From assembly GCA_036380435.1 (NCBI GenBank), contig DASVES010000154.1, positions 924 through 64,923 of the forward strand: a DNA stretch of 64,000 bases. The letters are read 5' to 3'. Made by a program: the position numbers and the translations under genes. This DNA comes from Pyrinomonadaceae bacterium. Lineage in GTDB: Bacteria; Acidobacteriota; Blastocatellia; Pyrinomonadales; Pyrinomonadaceae. Under the pieces are notes generated by a model. That model was not told the DNA's origin. It worked only from the letters and a program-made list of their open reading frames with translations, and ran no database searches. Shown one piece after another: positions 8,802 to 18,892 of the stretch (position 1 is its first letter; every line of letters begins with the position of its first letter).

Positions 8802-8921
8802 GGGAGTCAGGAGTCAGGAGTCAGGAGTCAGAATAAAAACCTCCGACCGCGCCGGTCTGTGGTAACACGGCGGCCGTCCGTCGTCAATCTTCTGACTCCT
8901 GTCTTCTGACTCCTGACTCCC
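8802..8921. repeat. GAGTCAG heptamer-arm hairpin, copy 1
   Basis: gggagtcaggagtcaggagtcaggagtcagaataaaaac ... cttctgactcctgtcttctgactcctgactccc, followed by ttttttat. Confidence 0.9.
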
Positions 8922-8928
8922 TTTTTTA

Positions 8929-11900
8929 TCAGAACACCAGCCGCAGCCCCAACTGAATCTGCCGCGACGAGGTGACGGTCGAGCGGACGCGCCCGAAGGT
9001 GGAGAGCGGAAGCTCGCCGTCGGTCGTGCCCGTGAAGGCGAGGAGGTTCGGCGGTGCGAAGTTTGCCCGGTTGAAGAGGTTGAACGCCTCGAAGCGAAGC
9101 TGGAGGACGGTGTTCTCGCCGAGCGCCGGCAGGCGCGTGTTCTTGACGGCCGAGAGGTCGAAGATTCTGAGGTTGGGGCCGATGAAGGTTCCGCGCCCGA
9201 GCGTGCCGAGCCGGCCGGCGCTCTGGAGCACGAAGGCGTCGGGGTTGAACCACTGTTCGGGCCGACCGAGCACGGCCGACTCGTGCGTGAAGCCGGGCGC
9301 GAGGCTCGGGCGGTCGAACCCCTGGCCGGGGCCGATGGAGGGCGACCACTGCGAGCGCGAGCGGTTGCGCTGGACGAAGACGGTCAGCGGGTTGCCCGAG
9401 CGCATCTGCCCGATGCCGGCGAGTTGCCAGCCGTCCAGAATCTTGCCGGCCGCGCCGCGCATCCCGCGCGCGAAGGGAAGCTCCCAGATGAAGTTGAGGA
9501 CGAAGTTGTGCTTGGCGTGGTAGTCGGCGAGGCCCTTGTTGTAGTTGAGGCCGGGGAACTCTGGGAAGGCCGTGGTGGTGCCGTTGGTGGCGTCGGAGAA
9601 GAAGGTCGATGCCTGCGTGGTGTCGATGTTGCGCGAGAAGGTGTAGGACGCTTGCGCGCTGAAGCCGCGGCTGAAGCGCTTGCGCGCCTCGAAGACGGCC
9701 GAGTTGTACCACGAGTTGCCGTCCGAGGACTTCAGCTCGATGGTCGTAAAAGCCGTGTTCGGCCGGAGCTGCCCCGTGGGGAAGAAGAGCGAGCCGTCGG
9801 CTTGCGTGACGGGCACAGGCGTGTTCACGTCGGAGCTACGCAGGAGGTGGACGCCGCGCGAGCCGGCGTAGCCGAGCGTGACGACGGTGTCGAACCACAG
9901 CTCGCGCTGGAGGTTCAGGTTCCACACTTGCAGGTACGGATTCTTCAGGTCGTACTGGATGGGCCGAATCGACTGCGACCCCACGGCGAACGAGGGAACG
10001 GGGAACGTCGGGTTGGCGATGATGGGCCGGGGCGTGGCCGGCGGGTTCGTCACCGTGACGATGAGGTTCTGCTGGTTGTTCGTGTTGAAGTAGACGCCGA
10101 AGCCGCCGCGCAGAGAGGTCTTCCCGTCGCCGAAGATGTCCCACGCGAAGCCGACGCGCGGGGAGAGGTTCTTGTGGGTCGGGTTCTGGTAGAGCTGCCC
10201 GGCGGTGGGCGTGCGATCCGTCAGGTTCGGCAAAGAAACGTCGCGCCCGCCGGTGTCGAGCGGCATGGTCGAGAACTCGTAGCGCAGGCCGGCGTTCAAG
10301 GTCAGGCGGTCGGTGACGCGGAAGGTGTCCTGCGCGTAGAGGCCGAAGAGGGTGAAGCGCCAGTAGCGGTCGAGCGCGCCGCCCGGAGAGATGCCGAGGA
10401 AGCGCGCCGGCGTGTTACGCAGGAAGTCGCGCAAAGAGTTGAAGGTGAAGACCCCGAGACTAAACGTCGGGTTGACCATGTTGTCCTGGTAACGCTCGGC
10501 GAGGCCGCCGACTTTAATCAAGTGGCGGCCGCGGCTGTGGACGAGGCCGTGCTCGAAGCCGAAGACGTTCTGGGTGAGCCGCAGGTTGGCGGAGGTCTGC
10601 GGGCCGAAGCGACCGGGGATGCCGCCGATGTCGATGCCGCCGACGAGGTCCTGACCCGGCACGAAGGGCGTCAAGGCTTGCGTCGTGTTCGACTCGACGT
10701 TCTGACCGACGCGCGTGCGGCCGAAGTTGAAGCGGAAGGTGTTGATGGTGTTGGCCGAGTGCGTGCGTCGGTACTCGCCCGTGAAGAACTGGTTGCGCGA
10801 AAGGAAGGTGCGCGGGAATTGCGGGAAGTCGGTCGGCAAGAGTTGGTCGGCGTCGTCGAAGGTGTAGCGGGCGAAGAACTGCTCGCGCTCGCTGCGGTTG
10901 TAGTCGATGCGCCCCTGAAAGAAGTGCTGGCGCACCTGCTGGTTGAAGCCGAAGACGTAGTCGGCGAGGTTGCCGCAGACGCGCGACGCGCCTGTGTTCG
11001 GCAGCGGGAACTCGTCGAGGTACGGCCTCACGGCGGCGCTCACGCCGACGAACTGGCGGTTCGGGCACGGCTGCCCTGCGGGCGCGACGGCCTGCGAGGT
11101 GGAGATAAAGCCTTCGCGCGCGTCGAGGTCGGGGACGATGGTGCGAACGGTGCGGCCGAGGTCTTCGCGCAGCGACTCGTATGCGCCGAAGAAGAAGAGT
11201 TTGTCGGTGCGGACGGGGCCGCCGATGGAGCCGCCGAACTGGTTGCGTCGAAACTCAGGCTTCTCCGCGCCGTCGAAGAAGTTACGCGCGTCGAGGTTGT
11301 CGTTGCGGTGGAACTCGTAGAGCGAGCCGTGAAACTCGTTCGTCCCCGACTTGGTGACGGCGTTGATCTGGCCGCCGAAGTTGCGGCCGAACTCGGCGCT
11401 ATAGGCGTTGGTCTCGATGCGAAACTCGCGGATGCTCTCGATGCCGAGCGAGGTGCCGGCGGCGCTGCCGGCGGGGCCGTTGGTGAAGTCGTTCTGCGGC
11501 GTGCCGTCGAGGAGATAGACGTTCGAGCGCGGGTCTTGTCCGTTGATGCTGGTGCCGAGGCCGTGGGCGACGACGGAGCCGCCGTCGCGGTGGGGGAAGG
11601 CGACGACGCCGGGCTGCAGGAGCGCGAGGTCGGTGTAGTTGCGACCGTTTAAGGGCAGCTCGCGGATGGCGCGCTCGCCGACGAGGTAGGAGAGTTCGGG
11701 CGTCTGCGTGTTGACGAGCGCCGTCTCGTCCGTGACGGTGATCGAGTCGGAGACGCCGGCCGCCTCCAGAGGGATGTTGAGCGTGGCCGTCTCGCCCACG
11801 GTGAGGCGCACGCGGTCGGCGACGTAGTTCTTAAAGCCTTCCTTCTCGGCGCTCACCTCGTAGGCGCCGACGGTGAGCGCGGGGAAGGTGAACAGCCCCT

Positions 11901-12135
11901 CATCGTCGCTCACGGTCTCGCGCTCAAGACCCGTCTCCAGACTCTTGGCGCGCACGCGCGCGCCGGCGACGACCGAGCCTTGCGCGTCGCGCACGTCGCC
12001 CGTCAGCGTACTCGTCGTCTGCGCGCTCGCCGCCGGGGCGAGACACAGCAGCAGGAGCAGCGCGGCGGCGGTCGTGTTGAAAAAGAAGGGGAGACGAAGA
12101 AAGGGCGCGGGAAAAAACCGTTGCGTGTGGTGCAT
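8929..12135 (-). CDS. TonB-dependent receptor with N-terminal carboxypeptidase-regulatory-like domain
   Basis: Signal peptide …[37 protein letters not shown] (CarboxypepD_reg), plug region, long beta-barrel, C-terminal [13 protein letters not shown] 12135 is preferred over the track start at 12198. Confidence 0.9.
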   Translation of the reverse strand: MHHTQRFFPAPFLRLPFFFNTTAAALLLLLCLAPAASAQTTSTLTGDVRDAQGSVVAGARVRAKSLETGLERETVSDDEGLFTFPALTVGAYEVSAEKEGFKNYVADRVRLTVGETATLNIPLEAAGVSDSITVTDETALVNTQTPELSYLVGERAIRELPLNGRNYTDLALLQPGVVAFPHRDGGSVVAHGLGTSINGQDPRSNVYLLDGTPQNDFTNGPAGSAAGTSLGIESIREFRIETNAYSAEFGRNFGGQINAVTKSGTNEFHGSLYEFHRNDNLDARNFFDGAEKPEFRRNQFGGSIGGPVRTDKLFFFGAYESLREDLGRTVRTIVPDLDAREGFISTSQAVAPAGQPCPNRQFVGVSAAVRPYLDEFPLPNTGASRVCGNLADYVFGFNQQVRQHFFQGRIDYNRSEREQFFARYTFDDADQLLPTDFPQFPRTFLSRNQFFTGEYRRTHSANTINTFRFNFGRTRVGQNVESNTTQALTPFVPGQDLVGGIDIGGIPGRFGPQTSANLRLTQNVFGFEHGLVHSRGRHLIKVGGLAERYQDNMVNPTFSLGVFTFNSLRDFLRNTPARFLGISPGGALDRYWRFTLFGLYAQDTFRVTDRLTLNAGLRYEFSTMPLDTGGRDVSLPNLTDRTPTAGQLYQNPTHKNLSPRVGFAWDIFGDGKTSLRGGFGVYFNTNNQQNLIVTVTNPPATPRPIIANPTFPVPSFAVGSQSIRPIQYDLKNPYLQVWNLNLQRELWFDTVVTLGYAGSRGVHLLRSSDVNTPVPVTQADGSLFFPTGQLRPNTAFTTIELKSSDGNSWYNSAVFEARKRFSRGFSAQASYTFSRNIDTTQASTFFSDATNGTTTAFPEFPGLNYNKGLADYHAKHNFVLNFIWELPFARGMRGAAGKILDGWQLAGIGQMRSGNPLTVFVQRNRSRSQWSPSIGPGQGFDRPSLAPGFTHESAVLGRPEQWFNPDAFVLQSAGRLGTLGRGTFIGPNLRIFDLSAVKNTRLPALGENTVLQLRFEAFNLFNRANFAPPNLLAFTGTTDGELPLSTFGRVRSTVTSSRQIQLGLRLVF

Positions 12136-12239
12136 GACTGCCTTATGACTCCAGGTTGAACGGCGGACGAAACTGCCTGCCCGTTGACTGACGAACATTC
12201 TAACAGGCGGGTTCTGACATACATAAACGGCCCCGCCCC

Positions 12240-12314
12240 TTTTACAATCTTTTGACAGTTGCCGGCTGACTTTTACACGTCGTTTACAACAATCCCGCCC
12301 GATTCCGCGATAAT
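12240..12314 (+). promoter_or_regulatory. Two tandem copies of the bipartite TTTTACA motif plus GATAAT
   Basis: ttttacaatcttttgaca (12240-12257) and ttttacacgtcgtttaca (12271-12288). GATAAT at 12309-12314 lies 20 nt after the second TTTACA. Confidence 0.4.
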
Positions 12315-12374
12315 GCCTGAGCTATTTGAAAAGCCACGGTTGTCTGGCCGCGACAGCCGCGAGCGTCGTCACGC

Positions 12375-12467
12375 ACAGTACCGCGAGCGGAAGCCTCGCG
12401 GGTGCGGCCTGCGCTTAAGGCTCGCCTTGCGTGCGGCAGACCCGCTCGCTACCGCTCGCGGTACTGT
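12375..12467. repeat. ACAGTACCGCGAGCGG palindromic element, copy 2 (hybrid arms)
   Basis: The left arm is the ggaagcctcgcgggt variant and the right arm is the acccgctcgctacc variant, so only the outer 16 bp pair. It lies in a 5' region rather than a 3' region. Confidence 0.9.
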
Positions 12468-12571
12468 GGTTGTGTGGTTGCCCTCGCGTGGGCGGCGCGT
12501 TAAGGTTTGAATCTTCGTAGTACGTTTCGCCGTACATCCTGACGGGCGAAGATTCGGAGCCTTCAACACCC

Positions 12572-12976
12572 ATGACCTTCATCTCCGTGACGCGTTTGCG
12601 ATTGCGCTCGGTGCGCTATCTGCCGCCGTTTCTGTGGCACACGCTCAGGAGTCTCCTTCAGGCGAAGCGCGCGCCCGGAAACGCCAGTGCGAAGACGAAG
12701 CGCGCCGCCGACGGCGCCTACTGGACGCTGACGGCGTGGGACACGGCAGCCGCGATGCGCGCCTACCGAAATTCTGGCGCGCACAAGCGGGCGATGCCGA
12801 AACTCCTCGAATGGTGCGACGAGGCTTCAGTCGGCCATTGGGAGCAGGCGTCTGATGAGCTGCCCGACTGGCGCGTGGCGCACCGGCGCATGATCGAGAC
12901 GGGCAGGCTCTCGAAGGTCAATCATCCGTCCGAGAGACAGAGGGCGGGCGAGATGCCCGCGCCGGAAAACATTTAA
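12572..12976 (+). CDS. Small ABM/DUF3291-like (ferredoxin-fold) protein of unknown function
   Basis: MTFISVTRLRLRSVRYLPPF…YWTLTAWDTAAAMRAYRNSGAHKRAMPKLLEWCDEASVGHW resembles a recurrent monooxygenase-like family. Recognised from memory only. Confidence 0.55.
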   Translation: MTFISVTRLRLRSVRYLPPFLWHTLRSLLQAKRAPGNASAKTKRAADGAYWTLTAWDTAAAMRAYRNSGAHKRAMPKLLEWCDEASVGHWEQASDELPDWRVAHRRMIETGRLSKVNHPSERQRAGEMPAPENI

Positions 12977-13002
12977 GCCGAGATTAAATCGGGAGATCAC
13001 TC

Positions 13003-16000
13003 GTGAAGATAAAAGCCCCAGTCGCCGCCATCCTGCTGCTCGCATTCGCTGCCTCCGCCTTCGCGCAGACGCACCGCGCCACCGTCCGCGGCGCCGTCAC
13101 CGACCCAAACGGCGCCGTCGTCCCCGGCGCGGTAGTGAAAATCATTAACAGGGAGACCCGCGAGTCTCGCGAGACCGCGGCTGGTGAGAGCGGGGAGTAT
13201 GCGGTTTCCTCGCTCGCGCCGGGCTTGTACGAACTGACTGTGGAAACCGCGGGCTTCCCCAAATTCACGCAGAAACTCTCCCTTTATGTGAATCAGGAGT
13301 TGCGTGTCGATGTCATCATGGCGACCCCGACGCTTGATGCGGCCTATGTCGATGTCGAGACGCAGGAGGAGCTGAAAAAAGATTCGGCGGCCATCAGCAC
13401 GGTCATCGAAAATCGGCAGGTCGAAAATCTGCCGCTCGACGGCCGCAACTTCTTCGAGCTGGCTCTGCTCGTCCCCGGCGCCGTGCCGGCCGCGCCCGGC
13501 TCCGCCGGCTCGGTGCGCGGCGACTTCTCCTTCAGCGTCAACGGCGCGCGCGAGGACGCCAACAACTTCCTCCTCGACGGCGTCTACAACCTCGACCCCA
13601 AGCTCAACACCTTCGGCGTGCGCCCGCCCGTCGATGCCATCCGCGAGTTCGAGATGGCCACCTCGACCTACGACGCCTCGTTCGGACGCAACCCCGGCGC
13701 GCAGGTCAACGTCGTCACCAAGAGCGGCACGAATGACTTTCACGGCTCGCTCTACGAGTTCCACCGCAACGCACAGTTCGACGCGCGCAACTACTTCGCG
13801 CCCGCCGGCGAAGGTAAGCCCAAGTACATTCGCAACCAGTTCGGCGGCTCTCTCGGCGGCCCCCTGCGCCGCGACCGCACCTTCTTCTTCGCCGACTACG
13901 AGGGCACGCGCGCGCGCGAAGGCGTCACGCGCGTCACCAACGTGCCCACGGCGCAAGAGCGCGCGGGCGATTTCTCGCAGAGCATCTTCGGCATCCCGAC
14001 GAATCCGTTCACGGGCCAGCCGTTCGAGGGCGGGCGCCTCCCCGACTTCTTCATCCACCCCGTAGGCCGCCGGATCGCCGCTTTGTATCCGCTGCCGAAC
14101 CGCAACGTAGCGTTCCAGAACTTCGTCTCTTCGCCCACTCAGCGCGACGATCAGAACAGCTTCGACGTGCGCCTCGACCACGCCTTCAACGACGCGTCGC
14201 ACTTTGTCGCCCGCTACAGCTTCGGCGAGCGCGACCTCTTCGAGCCGTTCACGGGGCCGACCCTCGCGCTCGTCCCCGGCTTCGGCGACGACGTTCGCCG
14301 CCGCAGCCAGAACCTGATGCTCGGCGAGACGCACGTCTTCACCCCGCGCTTCGTCAACGAGGCGCGCGTCGCCTTCAGCCGCGTCGCCTCCTCGGTCACG
14401 CAGGAGGCGAGCGTCCTCAACACAGACGTGGGCCTGCCCTTCGTCTCGACGCGCGCGCGCGATGCGGGCTTGAGCTTCATCACCGTCACCGGCTTCTCGC
14501 CGCTCGGCGACGAGGGCAACAACCCGCAGCAGAGCGTGACGAACGTCTATCAGGTGCTCGACACCGCGACTTATGCGCGCGGCCGGCACCTCGTGAAGTT
14601 CGGCGCTGATCTGCGCTTCACACAGCAGAACGCCTTCCGCGACGTGGAGTCGCGAGGCCGCCTCCAGTTCTCGCCCTTCTTCCCGTTCACCGGAAACGCG
14701 CTGGCCGATCTCCTCCTCGGCTTCCCGCTTTTGACGAGCGTCGCCCGCGTCGATAACCCGCAGCAACTCCGCACGCAGAGCTACAACTTTTTCATTGACG
14801 ATAGCTGGCGCGTCACCCCGCGCCTGACCATCAACGCCGGTCTGCGTTACGAATACAACACGCCGCCCGTGGACGCCGAGGATCGCTCCAACGTCTACGA
14901 CTTCTCGACGGGCACGCTCGCCCGCGTCGGCACGAACGGCATCCCGCGCGGCGGCTATGAGGCCGACAAAAACAATTTCGCGCCGCGTGTCGGGCTGGCG
15001 TGGACGGTCGGAGAAGACGGCGAGACGGTCGTGCGCGCCGGCTACGGCGTCTATTACGATCAGTCGCCGCTCGCGCCCGGCGAGGCGCTCTACTTCAACT
15101 CGCCCTACTTCGACAACAACATCTTCTTCTCCCTGCCGGGGCTGCCGCTCACCCTGAGCGACCCGTTCCCCGCCTTCTTCCCCTTCCCGCTTCCCGACTC
15201 GGCGCTCGCCATCCAGCGCGACCTCCGCACCGGCTACATGCAGCACTGGAACCTGAACGTCCAGCGGCAACTCGGACGCAGCCGCGTCGTCGAGCTGGCC
15301 TACGTCGGCTCGAAGGGCACGAAACTTCTGACGGCGCGCGACATCAACCAGCCTCTTCCGTCGGTGCTTCCGCCGGGCCTGCCCTTCGTCCCGCGCCCCA
15401 ACCCGCGCTTCGACGACATCAGCACTCTGGAGTCGCGCGCCTCGTCCAACTACCACAGCCTTCAGGCGCGCTTCCAGCAGCGCCTCTCGCAAGGGTTGTC
15501 GATGCTCGCCTCCTACACCTTCGCGAAGTCTCTGGACGACGCTTCTAACTTTTTCTCCAGCGCCGGCGACGCAAACTTCCCGCAGAACTCCAACAATCCG
15601 CGCGCCGAACGCGGGCGCTCGAACTTCGACGTGCGCCACCGTCTCTCCGTCTCCTACGCCTACGACCTGCCCTTCGGACGCGGCCGCCGCTTCGCCGCTG
15701 ACTCCGGCCTGCTCACCACGCTGCTCTCCGGCTGGCAGACCTTCGGCATCGTCACCCTGCAATCAGGACGGCCCTTCACGGTCGCCATCCTGCCCGAGCT
15801 GGACGTGAGCGGCACGGGACGCTCCATCCTCGGCTTCGGCGCGGGCGACCGGCCCCAAGTCGTCGGCGACCCGCGCTTGTCTACCCCGACGCCCGAGCGT
15901 TGGTTCAACACCTCGGCCTTCTCCTTCCCGGCGCCCGGCACGTTCGGCAACGCGGGCCGCAACGTCCTCGACGGGCCGGGCTACCAGAACGTCAACGCCT

Positions 16001-16185
16001 CGCTCGTCAAGAACACCGCGCTCGGCGAACGTCTCAGACTGCAACTGCGCGCGGAGGTCTTCAACCTCTTCAACCACCCGAACTTCAACCTGCCCGACAA
16101 CTTCGTCGGCTCGCCCACCTTTGGGCGCATCACGTCGGCGCGCGACCCGCGCCACATCCAGTTCGGGGCGAAGCTGCTGTTCTGA
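13003..16185 (+). CDS. TonB-dependent receptor with N-terminal carboxypeptidase-regulatory-like domain
   Basis: GTG start, signal peptide [44 protein letters not shown], plug and barrel, C-terminal [10 protein letters not shown]. Confidence 0.9.
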   Translation: MKIKAPVAAILLLAFAASAFAQTHRATVRGAVTDPNGAVVPGAVVKIINRETRESRETAAGESGEYAVSSLAPGLYELTVETAGFPKFTQKLSLYVNQELRVDVIMATPTLDAAYVDVETQEELKKDSAAISTVIENRQVENLPLDGRNFFELALLVPGAVPAAPGSAGSVRGDFSFSVNGAREDANNFLLDGVYNLDPKLNTFGVRPPVDAIREFEMATSTYDASFGRNPGAQVNVVTKSGTNDFHGSLYEFHRNAQFDARNYFAPAGEGKPKYIRNQFGGSLGGPLRRDRTFFFADYEGTRAREGVTRVTNVPTAQERAGDFSQSIFGIPTNPFTGQPFEGGRLPDFFIHPVGRRIAALYPLPNRNVAFQNFVSSPTQRDDQNSFDVRLDHAFNDASHFVARYSFGERDLFEPFTGPTLALVPGFGDDVRRRSQNLMLGETHVFTPRFVNEARVAFSRVASSVTQEASVLNTDVGLPFVSTRARDAGLSFITVTGFSPLGDEGNNPQQSVTNVYQVLDTATYARGRHLVKFGADLRFTQQNAFRDVESRGRLQFSPFFPFTGNALADLLLGFPLLTSVARVDNPQQLRTQSYNFFIDDSWRVTPRLTINAGLRYEYNTPPVDAEDRSNVYDFSTGTLARVGTNGIPRGGYEADKNNFAPRVGLAWTVGEDGETVVRAGYGVYYDQSPLAPGEALYFNSPYFDNNIFFSLPGLPLTLSDPFPAFFPFPLPDSALAIQRDLRTGYMQHWNLNVQRQLGRSRVVELAYVGSKGTKLLTARDINQPLPSVLPPGLPFVPRPNPRFDDISTLESRASSNYHSLQARFQQRLSQGLSMLASYTFAKSLDDASNFFSSAGDANFPQNSNNPRAERGRSNFDVRHRLSVSYAYDLPFGRGRRFAADSGLLTTLLSGWQTFGIVTLQSGRPFTVAILPELDVSGTGRSILGFGAGDRPQVVGDPRLSTPTPERWFNTSAFSFPAPGTFGNAGRNVLDGPGYQNVNASLVKNTALGERLRLQLRAEVFNLFNHPNFNLPDNFVGSPTFGRITSARDPRHIQFGAKLLF

Positions 16186-16204
16186 GAGAGCGTCAAGGAG
16201 ACAT

Positions 16205-16876
16205 ATGAGCAACAAGATCGTCGTTCCGCGCAGGGAGTTTTTGCTGGCGGGCGCGGCGGCCGTCCCACTCCTCGGCGTCGCGGCCTCTCGCATGAAGCAG
16301 GGCGTCGTTGTCGAGCCGCTGGCGGCCAACGACGCTTCCGCCGCGGCCGAGACGTGTCGTCTCACGGAGGAGAGCCAGTACGGCCCCTTCTATCGCGAGG
16401 GCGCACCGTGGCGCGCGAAATTCTGCGGCTTGGAGGAGCCGGGCGAGCGGCTCACAATCGCGGGCCGCGTGACGGCCGCCGACAACTGCCAGCCGCTCAA
16501 AGACGCCGTCCTCGACGTGTGGCACGCGAGCGCCGCCGGCTTCTACGACAACAACGACCCGGCGCGCCCTTTCGACCCCGCGCGCTATCATCTGCGCGGC
16601 CGCGTCCGCACGGACTCGGACGGCCGCTACCAGTTCGAGACCGTCCTGCCCGGCAACTACGGACAGGGCCGCTTCATGCGCGCCAAGCACATCCACCTGC
16701 TCGTCACCTGCGCCGGCCGCGCGCCGCTCGTCACCGAAATCTACTTCGCTGGCGACAAGCACAACGACACCGACGGCCTCGTCCGCCGCTCACTCATCAC
16801 GCAGTTGTCGGGCGCCGCCCGCGAGAAGGACGCCGCTCCACAGCGCGGCACGTTCGACATCACTCTGGGGAAGTGA
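16205..16876 (+). CDS. Intradiol ring-cleavage dioxygenase-like protein with Tat-type leader
   Basis: MSNKIVVPRREFLLAGAAAVPLLG. Core YGPFYREGAP…LDVWHASAAGFYD…RGRVRTDSDGRYQFETVLPGNY…RAKHIHLLV. Stop TGA 16874-16876 lies inside the GTGATAA arm. Confidence 0.8.
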   Translation: MSNKIVVPRREFLLAGAAAVPLLGVAASRMKQGVVVEPLAANDASAAAETCRLTEESQYGPFYREGAPWRAKFCGLEEPGERLTIAGRVTAADNCQPLKDAVLDVWHASAAGFYDNNDPARPFDPARYHLRGRVRTDSDGRYQFETVLPGNYGQGRFMRAKHIHLLVTCAGRAPLVTEIYFAGDKHNDTDGLVRRSLITQLSGAAREKDAAPQRGTFDITLGK

Positions 16877-16946
16877 TAAGTGATGAGTGATAAGTGATAA
16901 GAAAGAACTGCCTCTCTTTCTTATCACTTATCACTCATCACTTATC
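16873..16946. repeat. GTGATAA heptamer-arm hairpin, copy 1
   Basis: gtgataagtgatgagtgataagtgataagaaaga ... tctttcttatcacttatcactcatcacttatc. TGA at 16874, 16881 and 16888 covers all three frames. Confidence 0.92.
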
Positions 16947-16962
16947 CCTCCCAGAGGTGTTC

Positions 16963-17388
16963 ATGGTCAACGGTTTCTTCGACTTCTTCAGGCGGCGCGC
17001 CGAGTACGGCCCCGTCTTTATCCGCCTCGTCGTGGGCTGGATGCTCATCTGGGGCACGCAGGACAACGTCCTCAGTTGGGAGCGGATGCTGGAGTTCGCG
17101 AAGTTCTTAGGCGAGCGCGGCACGCCCTTCCCGCTGTTCGCGGCGCACCTCTCGGTCTACACGCAGCTCATCTGCGGGGTTCTCATACTGCTCGGCGCGG
17201 CCGTGCGCGCGGCGGCCGTCCCGCTCATCATCAACTTCATCGCCGCCATCCTCATCGCGCACCTCGGCGACACCTTTGCGGGCGCCTTCCCCGCGCTCGT
17301 CATGCTGGCGTCCGCCCTCTTCTTCCTCTTCCACGGGGCGGGCAAGCTCTCGGTCGATGAAGCATTGGAGCGGCGCGGGCCGGCGTGA
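16963..17388 (+). CDS. DoxX family membrane protein
   Basis: MVNGFFDFFRRRAEYGPVFIRLVVGWMLIWGTQDNV… with four hydrophobic helices. The ATG at 16963 avoids reading through the hairpin. Confidence 0.8.
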   Translation: MVNGFFDFFRRRAEYGPVFIRLVVGWMLIWGTQDNVLSWERMLEFAKFLGERGTPFPLFAAHLSVYTQLICGVLILLGAAVRAAAVPLIINFIAAILIAHLGDTFAGAFPALVMLASALFFLFHGAGKLSVDEALERRGPA

Positions 17389-17395
17389 TTGATGA

Positions 17396-17486
17396 ACAGT
17401 ACCGCGAGCGGTAGCGAGCGGGTGTGGACACGCGACGCGAGCCTTCAGCGCAGGCCGCACCCGCTCGCTACCGCTCGCGGTACTGT
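17396..17486. repeat. ACAGTACCGCGAGCGG palindromic element, copy 3
   Basis: Perfect 28-nt arms acagtaccgcgagcggtagcgagcgggt / acccgctcgctaccgctcgcggtactgt. The loop is the reverse complement of the copy 1 loop type. Confidence 0.95.
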
Positions 17487-17579
17487 CCGCTACGAGCGGC
17501 GCGACGAAGCACTTCGCCACGCGGGAAATCGTCCGGCAGCGAGTTGAAAGCATGTGCGTGGATTTCATCGGCCGCACGC

Positions 17580-18230
17580 TTAGGAGTTCGAGGGCATCAC
17601 GTAGAGAATCACGGCGAGGTAGTGGCAGACGCTGCCGGCGAGGACGAAGAGGTGCCAGATGGCGTGATTGTGGCGGATACGGTCGCAGGCGAAGAAGAAG
17701 ACGCCCGTGGTGTAGGCGAGGCCGCCCGCGATGATGAGCAGGATTGCCCCGGCCGGCACCAGCTCGTAGATCGGCTTGACGGCGACGACGGCCAGCCAGC
17801 CCATCAACAGATAGGAGCCGAGGGTCGCCGCCTTGAAGCGTTCGCCGAACATCACCGTGACGGTGATGCCGGACAGGGCGAGCGCCCACACGAGTGCGAA
17901 GAGCGTCCAGCCCCAGCCGCCGCGCAGCGTGACGAGTGTGAAGGGCGTGTAGGTGCCCGCGATGAGCAGGTAGATGCAGCACTTGTCGAAGATTCGCAGG
18001 GCGTCCTTGGTGCGCGGGTGTCGCGCCGCGTGATAGAGCGTCGAGGCCGTGTAGAGGGCTACCAGCGACGCGCCGTAGACGCCGCCGCTGACGAGGTGTA
18101 GCGTCCCGCCGCGCGTGGCCGCCAGAAGGATCAGCGCCGCCAAGCCGACCAGACTCAGCCCCAGCCCCACGCCGTGCGTGACGCAGTTCGCCAACTCCTC
18201 GATGCTCAGCCTTTCTCTCGCCGTCTTCAT
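17580..18230 (-). CDS. Hemolysin III / PAQR family membrane protein
   Basis: MKTARERLSIEELANCVTHGVGLGLSL…STLYHA…IYLLIAGTYTPF…HAIWHLFVLAGSVCH, the typical PAQR His motifs. Confidence 0.88.
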   Translation of the reverse strand: MKTARERLSIEELANCVTHGVGLGLSLVGLAALILLAATRGGTLHLVSGGVYGASLVALYTASTLYHAARHPRTKDALRIFDKCCIYLLIAGTYTPFTLVTLRGGWGWTLFALVWALALSGITVTVMFGERFKAATLGSYLLMGWLAVVAVKPIYELVPAGAILLIIAGGLAYTTGVFFFACDRIRHNHAIWHLFVLAGSVCHYLAVILYVMPSNS

Positions 18231-18386
18231 CTCGCAACTCTTTCGTCCTGACGCGCAAAGACTCGCGCCGCCGCCGCCTTCAACACTTCGGCCCATGCTA
18301 ACGCCGTCGAGACTCGGAAGACAATACCGAGATGCGCGCGGGCGCGTTGGAGGACGCGCTACGGCCTCCGCGGCCGACCGATGATC

Positions 18387-18779
18387 CTATTTTTTCCGGT
18401 TGAGGATGGCGGAAGCCGACACGTCCGACGCCCCGCGATGTGAGTATCTGAAGGCGACTTGCCGGCGGCTTAATTTTTCGACGACCACGCGGCCTCTGTC
18501 CGCGCAAGCCTCCCGGTTGCGCGTGATGCGCTCCCGAAACGTGGCCCGCCGGGAGTTGATGCTCAGAAGCCTCCACTCCCCGCCGCAGTCGAGCGAAGGG
18601 TATTCGATCAAAAATTTCCGGCCCCGCGCCGTGAGCACCATCGTCCACGTGCTGTCGGTGTCCATCTGATAGCCTGTGCCCTCCCACCTGCCGCCGAGCC
18701 ACGCACCATTCCTGTTTTGCGGCAGAGCGACGACGCTCAGAGAGAAGAACAGGCAGAGGGCCGCCACAGTCCTGAGCAT
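18387..18779 (-). CDS. Secreted hypothetical protein
   Basis: Signal peptide MLRTVAALCLFFSLSVVALPQ. No recognisable domain. The region is visibly less GC-rich than its surroundings. Confidence 0.6.
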   Translation of the reverse strand: MLRTVAALCLFFSLSVVALPQNRNGAWLGGRWEGTGYQMDTDSTWTMVLTARGRKFLIEYPSLDCGGEWRLLSINSRRATFRERITRNREACADRGRVVVEKLSRRQVAFRYSHRGASDVSASAILNRKK

Positions 18780-18892
18780 TATTCAATGCCTCCGAAGGGT
18801 TGTGATTGATGGTCGAGCTTAATTATAGCCCTGTGCGAAGGGGGGCGTTCGTCCGCGCGCCGGGCTGGAGAGAACACGGATGAGACGGCCGT

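Noticed and set aside
8783-8810. Identical 11-mer TTCCGAGAGGT between a GAGTCAG hairpin and the start codon of two minus-strand genes (8783-8810 and 29134-29160), considered as part of a mobile terminator-plus-RBS cassette.
   Set aside because: The A-rich asymmetric centre of the two hairpins points in opposite directions relative to the 11-mer, and the third copy (48092-48176) lacks it. It is more likely a shared Shine-Dalgarno context (GAGAGG) than part of the element.
12997-15762. 921-aa ORF antisense to the TonB-dependent receptor. Similar long antisense or out-of-frame ORFs occur at 9283-11652, 5172-6698, 31210-32898, 53539-54789, 24428-25537, 17107-18258 and 45977-46882.
   Set aside because: These are the shadow ORFs expected in GC-rich DNA. 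Their translations are Arg/Ala/Gly/Asp-rich with no recognisable motifs, and each is fully overlapped by a gene on the other strand or frame with clear family signatures.
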